From positions 1-64,000 of the IMG/VR virus record IMGVR_UViG_3300032116_000031: a stretch of 64,000 nt of DNA. The stretch is one strand, 5' to 3'. Position 1 is the stretch's first letter. Each line of letters opens with the position of its first letter. The notes beneath the pieces are model-generated. The model made no database searches, was not told the origin of the DNA, and worked only from the letters and a program-made list of their open reading frames with translations. The DNA is from a virus. A program made the position numbers and the translations under genes. Below, piece by piece: positions 1-10,900 of this stretch.

Positions 1-1
1 A

Positions 2-2962
2 TTGTTTTGGGATAATACAAATAAGCGGTTAGGAGTTGGCACTATATCTCCAAGTACAGCCTTTCACGTTCAAGGAGCAAGCACATTGGCTGGATTAACA
101 ACAGTATCTGGTGATATTAGACCTTCTGTAAATAACACCTATAACGTAGGTTCCTCGACATTAGGATTTCTTGGAATGTATGCCTCAAATAGTGGTATTT
201 GGTATTTTGGTAGTGCTGAATTTGCAAGGCGCGGAGGTTCTGGAGGTGTAGAATTTTCCACAGCTGGCAATAATTTAACAATTTTTAATTCAGACAGAAC
301 GGCCGAAATCGGAAGATTTACAAGCACGAATAGAAATTTATTATTAGGTACTACTTCCGATGTTGCGCGCTTGCACGTCGTAGGCTCTGGAACCAGCTCC
401 TCAACTTGGACAGCCCAATTTCACAACAGCGCAGGGAATAACAACGCGCTTATGATACGCGATGATGGGAATATCGGTATTAACACTAATACCCCTAACG
501 CACGGTTGCAGGTTCAAGGTGCTGATACAAGCAATTCAAATTGGACGGCGCAATTCCATAACTCCCTCGGAAATAGCAACTCCTTAATGATCAGAAATGA
601 CGGGAATGTGGGGATTGGTACAACAGGAACAACAGCGAGATTGGTTGTCAGAGCAAGCGGTTCTTCATCAGGTTCAACAGCTATGCTTGTTGAAAATAGT
701 GGAGGAACATCTATGTTAATGGTTAGAGAAGATGGTAATGTGGGGATTGGAACAAATACACCAAGTTTTAATTTAGAAGTTGTCGGCCAATCAAGGATTG
801 GGGGTAACTTTGATGTATCGACAAATACTTCTTTTTTTGTAACAGGGTCAAGGACTGATCGTAGAATTACAAATACTTTTACTGGTTCAATAACCAACTC
901 TGTAGGGTACTTTGCTGGCACTGTTGATATGAGAGGAAGTCAAGCATTTACAGCATTTAATGGAATGACATTTGCAGTAAATAACCAAAATACAAGCGCA
1001 AGTAATAATATCACAGCTGGCAATTTTACAGTAACAAATGACGCGGCAAATGCAGGATTGAGCAGAGGTATTGGAGTTGTAGGTAGATTTGTTAATTCTT
1101 CAAATGTTGCAGCTAATGATATTAGATGCGTTCAAGGCGATGTTAGCAATTTATTAACTGGAAGCACAATAAGTAATTTGTATTTGTATAGAGCTGAAGT
1201 GGCCTCTAATTTGGGGACAATAACAAACACATACGGTTATTTTGTTGGAGATATAACTGCTGGTACACAAGTTAATACACCTTATAGTTTCTATGCTATT
1301 GATCCAAATGCCTTTAACTATTTTGCGGGATCAACAGGTATAGGCACCACAACACCAGCGCAAACCCTTGACGTTGCTGGTACGATGCGTTTGACGGGAT
1401 CAACTGGAACGGGAACAACCTTAATGGCTAGGAATGCAGCTGGAGATGTTTCGGCTGTTACGGTTGGAAGTGGTTTGAATTTATCTAATAATACCTTAAC
1501 AGCAACAGGCGGTGGAACAGGGACTCTAACAGGTTCGGGAACAGCAACACAAGTTGCCTTTTGGGGTGGTACAACGGGTTCAACATCAACAGCTTTATCA
1601 GGAAGTTCAAGTTTATATTGGGATGGTATAAACAATCGTTTGGGGATAGGTACATCAACGCCTTCTGCACCCCTCACAATAAAAAGTTACGGTAATTCAA
1701 TTTCAACAAATGAAGCGTTTAGCATATTCAACAGTGCTGCAACACCATTAAATTTATTAACGGTACTTGAAAACGGTAATATTGGGATTGGTGGTCAAAC
1801 CTCACCTATCTATAAATTAGATATTTTAGGTAATCTTCGTTTGGGTACTTCATCTATTCAATTTGGTATCGGAGAAAGCGGTGGTAACAGCGTTATATTG
1901 GGCTCATTGACAAATCACCCCTATAGATTTATTGTAAATACAAATGAAGCTGCTCGTTTTACAACAGATCGTAATTTAAGTATAGGTGCGACTGGTTCTA
2001 CAGCTAGATTATTAGTTGTCGGTTCACAACCAAGTGGAACAACAACGTGGACGGCGCAATTCCATAATGCACTCGGAAATAGCAATTCTTTGATGATCAG
2101 AGATGATGGTAATGTGGGGGTTGGGACAAGTACCCCTAATTTTAAATTAACAGTCCAAGCAAATGATGCTGGTTTACTTGTAAGTGGTGCTAACGTATCT
2201 CCTTTCACTCAAATCATTGCTAGTTTTGTTTACGGAGGAAACGGTAATACTATAAATGTAGAAAATAGGGGTGGTAGAGCATCTTTTCAAGCGAGAGCAA
2301 CTACAGCAGTAGGAGCAGCTGCATCTCCTTTGTTTTTAAACCCAAATGGAGGAACTGTTAGTGTTAATAACGATAATCCAGATGCTTCTGCTATTTTTGA
2401 TGTTAGAAGTACCACACAGGGCTTCCTCCCACCGAGGATGTCAACAGCTAATAGGAACTTAATTTCATCCCCTGCAACAGGTCTTCAGGTTTATAATAGC
2501 AGTTTAAATGTGATGCAGCATTATAACGGTGTATCATGGGTAAATGAAGCTAATCCTATATTAACTCGTGTTTCCACTGGTACAACACAGGTTGAGTTGT
2601 TTTTGGACGGCGTTTCTTCACGGTTTGGTCTTGTGGGTACCAATAAGGTTTGGAATTTTAGAATACAATTATGTGCTATTGTCGCTTCCGCTGGAACAGG
2701 AACTTTAGATATAGCTGATTCTTATATATCCGAACATTTAATCGGAATAAAAAGATCAGGTTCAAGCATTAATGTTGTTGGCGGCGGCGTTGTTCAAAAT
2801 TTAATCGGCGCGAATACACAAATGGAAGATTCTGTTGTAACAATAACGGGCGATAGCGGAACCGAATCCATAAGGGTGTTTTATACCCCGCCTTCGGGTG
2901 CCGCTGCAAATACGGTTATAAGAATAAGTGCAACATTATATTATACCGAAGCTGGTGTGTAG
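2..2962 (+). CDS. Tail-fibre/adhesin-like protein 1 (5'-truncated by window edge)
   Basis: 986-aa Gly/Thr/Asn/Ser-rich ORF with repeated GNVGIGT, WTAQFHNS..NSLMIR.DG and TLDVAGTMRLTGSTGTGTTLMARNA modules. It ends with a GFLPPRMST..RN.I..PA.GL.VYN segment typical of Bacteroidota/phage fibre proteins. Confidence 0.75.
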   Translation: MFWDNTNKRLGVGTISPSTAFHVQGASTLAGLTTVSGDIRPSVNNTYNVGSSTLGFLGMYASNSGIWYFGSAEFARRGGSGGVEFSTAGNNLTIFNSDRTAEIGRFTSTNRNLLLGTTSDVARLHVVGSGTSSSTWTAQFHNSAGNNNALMIRDDGNIGINTNTPNARLQVQGADTSNSNWTAQFHNSLGNSNSLMIRNDGNVGIGTTGTTARLVVRASGSSSGSTAMLVENSGGTSMLMVREDGNVGIGTNTPSFNLEVVGQSRIGGNFDVSTNTSFFVTGSRTDRRITNTFTGSITNSVGYFAGTVDMRGSQAFTAFNGMTFAVNNQNTSASNNITAGNFTVTNDAANAGLSRGIGVVGRFVNSSNVAANDIRCVQGDVSNLLTGSTISNLYLYRAEVASNLGTITNTYGYFVGDITAGTQVNTPYSFYAIDPNAFNYFAGSTGIGTTTPAQTLDVAGTMRLTGSTGTGTTLMARNAAGDVSAVTVGSGLNLSNNTLTATGGGTGTLTGSGTATQVAFWGGTTGSTSTALSGSSSLYWDGINNRLGIGTSTPSAPLTIKSYGNSISTNEAFSIFNSAATPLNLLTVLENGNIGIGGQTSPIYKLDILGNLRLGTSSIQFGIGESGGNSVILGSLTNHPYRFIVNTNEAARFTTDRNLSIGATGSTARLLVVGSQPSGTTTWTAQFHNALGNSNSLMIRDDGNVGVGTSTPNFKLTVQANDAGLLVSGANVSPFTQIIASFVYGGNGNTINVENRGGRASFQARATTAVGAAASPLFLNPNGGTVSVNNDNPDASAIFDVRSTTQGFLPPRMSTANRNLISSPATGLQVYNSSLNVMQHYNGVSWVNEANPILTRVSTGTTQVELFLDGVSSRFGLVGTNKVWNFRIQLCAIVASAGTGTLDIADSYISEHLIGIKRSGSSINVVGGGVVQNLIGANTQMEDSVVTITGDSGTESIRVFYTPPSGAAANTVIRISATLYYTEAGV

Positions 2963-3018
2963 TGGGGTGGACGGCGAAATATATAAAAACTAAATAAAAA
3001 AAACTATAAACATATAAC

Positions 3019-6000
3019 ATGGCAAATATAATAAATTTTCCTTCTGGAAAGGTTGGTATAGGGACAGAAAATCCCCAACAAACCCTTGATATCGCTGGAA
3101 CATTACGTTTATCGGGTTCGACGGGAACGGGAACAACATTGATGGCAAGAAACGCATCGGGTGATGTTTCCGCTGTTACTATCGGTGTCGGATTAAATTT
3201 ATCAAATAATAGCCTGACCGCAACGGGCGGCGGAACGGGTACGGTTTCGGGTTCGGGAACCGCAACCCAAATCGCTTTTTGGGATGGTGCAACGGGCACA
3301 ACATCATCATCCCTTGCAAGCAGCGCAAATTTATATTGGAATAATGTTAATAGCCGTTTGGGTGTGGGTACCAATACTCCCACAAGAACATTAGATGTAG
3401 TAGGTGATTTATCTATTGGTTCATCACACAAGTGGACTATCTCTTCTAATATTTTTTCTCTTCCAAATAGCACAAATGCTTTTATAAGCCTACAAAGTGA
3501 TAGGTATTTGAATATAACTAATTCAAGTTCCACTGTTGGTATAATATCCTTCGATCATAATAATCGTAATACTTTTATAGGTAATAGAATTTCAAATCCA
3601 ATCACGGAGGCTAGATTAGTTGTGGCTGGTTCTGGTATTACAGCAGCAGGGTGGACGGCGCAATTCCATAACAGCGGTGGTACAAATAACTCTTTAGTGA
3701 TAAGAAATGACGGTAATGTTGGTGTAGGTACTGTTGATTTAAACTCTCGTCTTCAAGTTCAAGGCGCTGATACAAGTGATACGGGGTGGACGGCGCAATT
3801 CCATAACTCCCTTGGAAATAGCAATTCCTTAATGATCAGAAATGACGGGAATGTGGGGATTGGAACAACAGGAACAACGGCAAGGTTAATAATACAAGGT
3901 ACGGGATCTAGTAGTGCAGCTACAATGGCTGTTGTAAATAGTGGTGGAACTAATTCATTAAGAGTTCTTGACAACGGATCTGTTTTAGTTAATTTAACAA
4001 ACGCTAGTTCTCCGATCACACTATTTGAAGTTAATAGTAGAGGTAGATTTTGGGGTGGTATTGAATTAGGTGGTTTTGCTATTGCTAGAATCGACGGGTC
4101 AGGTAACTATTTTAAAAATGTAACTGGGTCTAACGGCTTCGGTTTTTATAATACATCTGGTTTTAACGGTACAATCGGGCAATTTTTTTGGTCCGAATTT
4201 AGTACAAATATTAACCCTACGTCTGGTTCAGCTGAATTTAGTGTACTTAAATTATCTCCAACTTTTAATTTAAGTGGCACTGCTGCAACAACTGTAATAG
4301 GTTTAGATTATAATCCAGTCATAAATTCAATAGTTAACGGTAAAAATTATGCAGCTCTTTTTCGTTCTGGTTCTGTAGGTATTGGTACATCAACACCAGT
4401 GCAAACCCTTGACGTTGCTGGTACGATGCGTTTGACGGGATCAACTGGAACGGGAACAACTTTAATGGCTAGGAATGCGGATGGTGATGTTTCGGCTGTT
4501 ACGGTCGGAAGTGGTTTGAATTTATCTAATAATACCTTAACAGCAACAGGTGGTGGAACGGGTGCGGTTTCTGGTTCGGGAACAGCAACACAAATCGCTT
4601 TTTGGGGTGGTACAACGGGTTCAACATCAACAGCTTTATCAGGAAGTTCGAATTTATATTGGGATGGTATAAACAATCGTTTGGGGATAGGTACGTCAAC
4701 ACCTGCTGCTAGATTAGATGTTGGTAATGGGGTTATAGGTATAACAGGGTCGATTGGTTTTACCAATAATAGTAGAATGATCACATTTAATGATGCTAAT
4801 AACGGGATGCTTTATACTGGTTTTGGAGGTCATAGGTTTTCAGTTTTTAATCAGACAACTTATCAAAACGCTTTAGTTATAACAGGAAATAGTCCCACAC
4901 CAAATGTAGGTATAGCAGTTGAAGCACCTGTAGCAAGATTACAGGTTCAAGGATCAGATACAAGTGATACGGGGTGGACGGCGCAATTCCATAATTCTCT
5001 TGGAAACAACAATTCCTTAATGATCAGAAATGATGGAAATGTTGGGGTTGGTACAAGTGGTACGACAGCAAGATTTGTTGTCAGAGCAAGTGGTTCTTCA
5101 ACTGGTTCAACAGCTATGCTTATTCAAAATAGCGGTGGAACTACTTTATTAAGAGTTAGGGAAGATGGAAATGTTGGGATTGGTACAGCAGAACCAACTA
5201 ATAGACTTTATGTTGACGGTTCAACTTACGTAGGTAGCTTAACTGTATTAGGAGGCATAAACAGTATTACTGGTAGTATATTTTTAGCTAGCGCTAGATC
5301 TATCCAATTTGGAAGTAATACTTCTATTATAGGACAAGATGGTAGTTCTGGTTTTATTAGATATACAGTTAATAACAATGAAATATTTAGAGCAACTACA
5401 ACATCTATAGGCATAGGCACCATAACACCAGCGCAAACCCTTCACGTTGCTGGTACGATGCGTTTAACTGGATCAACTGGAACGGGAACAACCTTAATGG
5501 CTAGGAATGCAGATGGGGATGTTTCGGCTGTGACGGTTGGAAGTGGCTTGAATTTATCTAATAATACCTTAACAGCAACGGGTGGTGGTAGTGGAACTGT
5601 TTCTGGTTCGGGAACAGCAACACAAGTTGCCTTTTGGGATAATACAACTTCTTTAGCAGGTAATTCCAATTTGTATTGGGATAATGTTAATAGCCGTTTG
5701 GGTGTGGGGATTACAACACCAACATCAAATCTTGATGTTGTCGGTTCTGTGGAATTTCAAAACCCTTCAACTGCTTTTGATGGGGGTGTTTTGGGGTCAG
5801 AATTGTTAACCACAGGTACAGGTACAAACTGGACTGGGACAAGTTTCGCTACGGGTTATCTTCATGCTACTGGTAGTACTGTTGCTTTGGTGTCATCTGC
5901 TTCTATTTCAAATGGACAATATTATCAGGTTGTCGTTACAGTATCAGGAAGAACAACTGGTAGTATAACATTCAGTATCGGTGGCTATACCAGTTCAAGT

Positions 6001-7881
6001 ATCAGTACAAATACAACTACAACAGTAGGACCTTTTACTACTAGTACAGCTAGCTTTACAGTGACACCAACAAACGATTTTGATGGTACTGTTTTAGCAT
6101 CTGTAAAAGTAATAACTGCTGGTTCAGCTTCTTTTGTTGGTAAAAATAGTGCTGGAACAATAGTTTACGAGGAGAGATTGAGCAATTCAACTACAAATAT
6201 TTTTCAAGGTATTAATGCTGGACCAAGAAATACTACTGGGCTTAATAATATCTTTATAGGACCTTCAGCTGGTAATTCAAATACTACAGGTAATAATAAC
6301 CTTTTTATCGGACTCAATGCAGGATTAGTTAATAGTATTGCAAATAATAACACTTTTATAGGAACTTCAGCTGGTTTTTCAAATACTATTGGAGATTCTA
6401 ATACTTTTATAGGTGCTGGAGCTGGAGTTAATAATACATCTGGATCTAATAACTTCTTTTTAGGTAGAAATACAGGTCTTTCAAATACTATAGGTGTTAA
6501 TAATTTATATATAGGAACATTTTCAGGTGTCTTTTCAGTAAGTGGAGGCAGCAATGTTTATTTAGGTGGAAATACAGGTCGTAATAATGTTGGTGGGTCA
6601 AGTAATGTATTAATTGGTTTAAATGCTGGTAGATATTATAGTGAGTCTACTTTAGATGATACTTCTATAAATAACAGTATTTTTATCGGTGCAGAAACTA
6701 GATCAACTTTATCTGGTCAAACAAACCAAATTATTATTGCAAATAATGGTCGCGGCCTTGGATCCAATACAACCGTTTTAGGAAACACAAGTACGGTTCA
6801 AACCCACCTACACGGTAATCTTACTCTTGGATCAACATCTTCACCTACTGCAAGAATGGTAGTTGTTGGTTCTGGAAGTAGTAATACTGGGTGGACGGCG
6901 CAATTCCATAATGTTCTCGGTAATAGCAACTCTTTGATGATTAGAGACGATGGTAATGTGGGGTTTGGGACTGATGCACCTACTGGTAAAATAGATGCTA
7001 GATCTGATTCAGGTGTTATTGCTTTTTTTGGAGTTGCAAATGGAGGTACTAGACTTTCAGTTAATTCAAATGGCAGAGTTGGTTTAGGTTTAGTTGGGTG
7101 GATTCCAACGACAGACGGAGGACAAAATATAACCACGGGAGCAGGCGGCTGTTTTATTGGTTATGATGCAAGTGGAGATTTAGCATATACTAATGTTGCA
7201 AGCGTTACATTAGGAAGGCCATTGAATAGACTGTTAAATGCAACAACAAATACTCAAAGGATGGTAGATATTGTGGGTAATTTTTCTCCCACAAGCGGAA
7301 ATGCCACTTTTTATGATTTAGGTATTATTCCAATAATAAACCAAACAGGGGGTGCGAGTGGTATAACAAGAGGGGTATTCGTAAACCCAACACTTACAGC
7401 AGCAGCTAATTGGAGATCAATTGAATGGACAAATAACAGTGGCTTTGGTTTATATGGTTCAGGCACCGCAACCAACTATCTTGCAGGATCTTTGGGAATA
7501 GGAACCGATGCCCCAGCGCAAACCCTTCACGTTGCTGGTACGATGCGTTTGACTGGATCAACTGGAACTGGAACAACCTTAATGGCTAGAAATGCGAATG
7601 GGGATGTTTCGGCGGTTACATTGGGCACGGGCGTTGTATTATCCAATAATGTTATATCGGTTGCATTATCCCCGAAAGCGGAAACCCCAAGCGGTTTGGT
7701 TAATGGTTCCAATATAACATATACATTGGCATCCACACCTATAGCAAACCAAAGTGTGATGGTATTCTTAAACGGTGTTGCTCAATATAATGGTATTGAT
7801 TACACTGTAAGCGGAACCACGATAACGTTTGGAACAGCGCCCGCGAATGGATCAAGCATATTTGCATATTATATGGCGTAG
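3019..7881 (+). CDS. Tail-fibre/adhesin-like protein 2
   Basis: 1620 aa with the same modules, an N-x-x-G beta-roll repeat (NTTGxNNxFIGxxAG, ~6200-6790) and a C-terminal VFLNGVAQ..GIDYTVSGTTITF..AP domain common in phage fibre proteins. Confidence 0.75.
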   Translation: MANIINFPSGKVGIGTENPQQTLDIAGTLRLSGSTGTGTTLMARNASGDVSAVTIGVGLNLSNNSLTATGGGTGTVSGSGTATQIAFWDGATGTTSSSLASSANLYWNNVNSRLGVGTNTPTRTLDVVGDLSIGSSHKWTISSNIFSLPNSTNAFISLQSDRYLNITNSSSTVGIISFDHNNRNTFIGNRISNPITEARLVVAGSGITAAGWTAQFHNSGGTNNSLVIRNDGNVGVGTVDLNSRLQVQGADTSDTGWTAQFHNSLGNSNSLMIRNDGNVGIGTTGTTARLIIQGTGSSSAATMAVVNSGGTNSLRVLDNGSVLVNLTNASSPITLFEVNSRGRFWGGIELGGFAIARIDGSGNYFKNVTGSNGFGFYNTSGFNGTIGQFFWSEFSTNINPTSGSAEFSVLKLSPTFNLSGTAATTVIGLDYNPVINSIVNGKNYAALFRSGSVGIGTSTPVQTLDVAGTMRLTGSTGTGTTLMARNADGDVSAVTVGSGLNLSNNTLTATGGGTGAVSGSGTATQIAFWGGTTGSTSTALSGSSNLYWDGINNRLGIGTSTPAARLDVGNGVIGITGSIGFTNNSRMITFNDANNGMLYTGFGGHRFSVFNQTTYQNALVITGNSPTPNVGIAVEAPVARLQVQGSDTSDTGWTAQFHNSLGNNNSLMIRNDGNVGVGTSGTTARFVVRASGSSTGSTAMLIQNSGGTTLLRVREDGNVGIGTAEPTNRLYVDGSTYVGSLTVLGGINSITGSIFLASARSIQFGSNTSIIGQDGSSGFIRYTVNNNEIFRATTTSIGIGTITPAQTLHVAGTMRLTGSTGTGTTLMARNADGDVSAVTVGSGLNLSNNTLTATGGGSGTVSGSGTATQVAFWDNTTSLAGNSNLYWDNVNSRLGVGITTPTSNLDVVGSVEFQNPSTAFDGGVLGSELLTTGTGTNWTGTSFATGYLHATGSTVALVSSASISNGQYYQVVVTVSGRTTGSITFSIGGYTSSSISTNTTTTVGPFTTSTASFTVTPTNDFDGTVLASVKVITAGSASFVGKNSAGTIVYEERLSNSTTNIFQGINAGPRNTTGLNNIFIGPSAGNSNTTGNNNLFIGLNAGLVNSIANNNTFIGTSAGFSNTIGDSNTFIGAGAGVNNTSGSNNFFLGRNTGLSNTIGVNNLYIGTFSGVFSVSGGSNVYLGGNTGRNNVGGSSNVLIGLNAGRYYSESTLDDTSINNSIFIGAETRSTLSGQTNQIIIANNGRGLGSNTTVLGNTSTVQTHLHGNLTLGSTSSPTARMVVVGSGSSNTGWTAQFHNVLGNSNSLMIRDDGNVGFGTDAPTGKIDARSDSGVIAFFGVANGGTRLSVNSNGRVGLGLVGWIPTTDGGQNITTGAGGCFIGYDASGDLAYTNVASVTLGRPLNRLLNATTNTQRMVDIVGNFSPTSGNATFYDLGIIPIINQTGGASGITRGVFVNPTLTAAANWRSIEWTNNSGFGLYGSGTATNYLAGSLGIGTDAPAQTLHVAGTMRLTGSTGTGTTLMARNANGDVSAVTLGTGVVLSNNVISVALSPKAETPSGLVNGSNITYTLASTPIANQSVMVFLNGVAQYNGIDYTVSGTTITFGTAPANGSSIFAYYMA

Positions 7882-7886
7882 TGAGA

Positions 7887-7945
7887 GGGTGGACGGCGAA
7901 AAATAAAATAATAAATCCGCCGTCCACCCCATTTTCGCCGTCCAC
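7887..7945. repeat. Cluster of three motif copies forming an inverted repeat (possible hairpin/terminator or operator)
   Basis: GGGTGGACGGCG (7887-7898) pairs with CGCCGTCCACCC (7918-7929). A third copy, TTTTCGCCGTCCAC (7932-7945), pairs with 7889-7902. Confidence 0.85.
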
Positions 7946-7948
7946 ACC

Positions 7949-7956
7949 TATTTATA
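7949..7956 (+). promoter_or_regulatory. Putative phage late promoter element TATTTATA
   Basis: TATTTATA lies 22 bp upstream of the fibre-3 ATG. The same or a similar element precedes several other genes on their coding strand. Confidence 0.5.
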
Positions 7957-7978
7957 AAAAAAACCTTTTTCATAAAAA

Positions 7979-10900
7979 ATGCCACAAAATAAAATAAGAA
8001 CAGAAGATATTGTTGATTCGCAAATAACCTATGCGAAGATACAAAACGTATCCAATAATAATCTATTATTGGGAAGAAATACAGCAGGAGCGGGGCTTAT
8101 AGAAGAATTAAATGCAGCCACCGCAAAAGCAATATTGGCGTTAAATAATGTTGAAAATGTCGCATTATCAACATGGACAGGTTCAACAAATATTAATACC
8201 CTCGGAACCATCACCCAAGGAACATGGTCGGGATCCACAATATCCATTGATAAAGGCGGAACAGGGCTTAATACCTTGGGAACCGCAAATCAGGTGCTTG
8301 CCGTTAATTCGGGAGGAACCGCCCTGCAATATGTTACACCATTAAGCGGAACAGGTACAGCAGGACAGGTTACTTTTTGGACAGGAACAAATTCTCAAGG
8401 GGGGGATAATGGTTTGTTTTGGGATAATACAAATAAGCGGTTAGGCGTTGGCACAAATGCACCAGCGCATAGACTACAGATTTTAGGGCCTAGTGCAAGG
8501 TTTGAGAACTCGAGCGGAACATTTGAGTTTGATATTGTTGGAGGAGGTACGACCTCACGCATACAAACAACAGCGACAGGCATGGCTTTGGGAACCTTAT
8601 CAAATAACGCTTTGATTTTTTGGATGAATGCGAGCGAAAGAATGAGAATTAATTCATCAACTGGACACGTCGGTATAAACCAAACAGCACCAGCAGCCCG
8701 CCTTCACGTAGTAGGATCCAGCACAGGCACGACGGCTTGGACCGCACAATTCCATAACAGCGGTGGTACAAGCAATTCCTTGATGATCAGAGATGATGGG
8801 AATATTGGTATTAACACTAATACCCCTAACGCACGGTTGCAGGTTCATGGTGCTGATACAGCAGATACAGGGTGGACGGCGCAATTCCATAATTCCCTCG
8901 GAAATAGCAATTCCTTGATGATCAGAAACGACGGTAATGTGGGTATTGGAACAAATGCACCAGCAGCTAAATTAGAAGTGGATCCAATTGTAAATCAAAC
9001 AGGTATTCTTGTAGCAGGATATAGTCTTACTGGTTCAAGCACTATACCTGCAATTGATATCACAGGTGCTTGGAATACTAGTGGTATAGCAACATTAATT
9101 AGAGGAAATCTAACAAATAATGTTTCAGCTGCTACTAGTAGGCTTATAGATTTACAGGTAAGTGGCACAAGCCAATTTAGGGTTTTACCTAACGGTACTA
9201 TTAATGGATCAGAACTTATAGGGCAATTGAGTGGAACTATAGCAGTTAGATCTAATTTAACTAATGTTGCAGGTAATTATGTAACTATAGATAATAATAG
9301 TTCAAATATTACCACTACAACAGGTATAGTTAGTGGTGTTATAATACGATCATCTTATATTCCACCAAGCGGTACTGGAGTGTTTGTTGGATTAAATTTA
9401 AACCATACAATCAATCAATCAAGTGGAAGTGGTTCGACTGGGATAACAAGGGGGCTTCTTGTAAATCCCGCGTTAACATCTGCTTTTGATTGGAGATCAA
9501 TTGAATGGACAAATAATACTGGTTGGGGTTTGTACGGTTCTGGTACAGCAAATAACTATTTGGCTGGTAACTTGAGTGTGGGTACAAGTGGAACAACGGC
9601 TAGATTGGTTGTTAGAGGTAGTGGTGCTACATCAGGTTCAACAGCTATGCTTGTTGAAAATAGTGGAGGAACATCTATGTTAATGGTTAGAGAAGACGGT
9701 AATGTGGGGATTGGAACGAATGCACCAACTACTCGTTTAGATGTCAGCGGAACGGCAAGAGTACAGGGGACGACTACAATAACACCCGCTGCTAATACTT
9801 CAGCTATTACAAGTACTGGATATTCTGTTACAGGTAGTGATACAACAAGAATGATTGATCTATCTGGCACATGGAATACGACTGGGAATGTTACTGCTAT
9901 TAATTTGGATATAACTAATACAGCAAGTGGTGTTAATTCTAATTTAATTAATTGTTCTATAAATGGAACAACAAATATTTTTTCAGTAAGAAGAACAGGT
10001 GAAGTTGCTGTACAAAATTTATATTCGTTTCATTCAAGTAACGGAACACTTTCTGCAACTTCAACACTCACAATACAAACGGCTGCATCGCAAACAGGAG
10101 GTATTTTTTTAAATAAAAGTGCTTCTGTTACTGCTACATCTGGAGATTTTCCTACAATAACTTTAAATAATATATCAAATTCATTTGCTCCTACAAGTGG
10201 TACTGCTACATTTACTTCTATAAGAGCCATACCTACTATCAACCAAACAGGTGGGGCAAATGGTATAACAAGAGGGATAATCGTAAGCCCCACATTAACA
10301 TCTGCTTTTGATTGGAGATCAATTGAATGGACAAATAGTTCTGGTTGGGGTCTTTACGGTGAAGGCACCGCAAATAACTATTTAGGAGGTAATTTAAGTG
10401 TTGGTACAACAGGGTCAACAGCTAGATTGGTGGTGGTTGGTTCTCAACCAAGTGGAACGACAACATGGACAGCTCAATTCCATAATGCCCTTGGAAACAG
10501 CAACTCTTTGATGATCAGAGATGACGGAAATGTGGGTATTGGAACGAGTACACCAACATCAAGACTTGATGTTGTGGGTACGGTTGAATTTCAAAATCCA
10601 TCGGCGGCTTTTGACACCCCGTCTTTTGGATCTGAACTGTTAACTACAGGTGCAGGTACAAACTGGACTGGAACAAGTTTTGCTAGTGGATACACACACA
10701 CTACTGGTAGCACCGCAGCTTTAACTAGTGCATTTACACCTTTAAATGGTCAAATTTATAGAGTTGTAGTAACTACTACAAACCTTATATTTGGTCAAAG
10801 TGTTACAGTTACTTTTGGAGGAGTTTTAGATCAAACAATTACTTCTAATACAACAATTACTTTTGATAGTAGAACAATTAATACATCTGCTTTAGTAATT

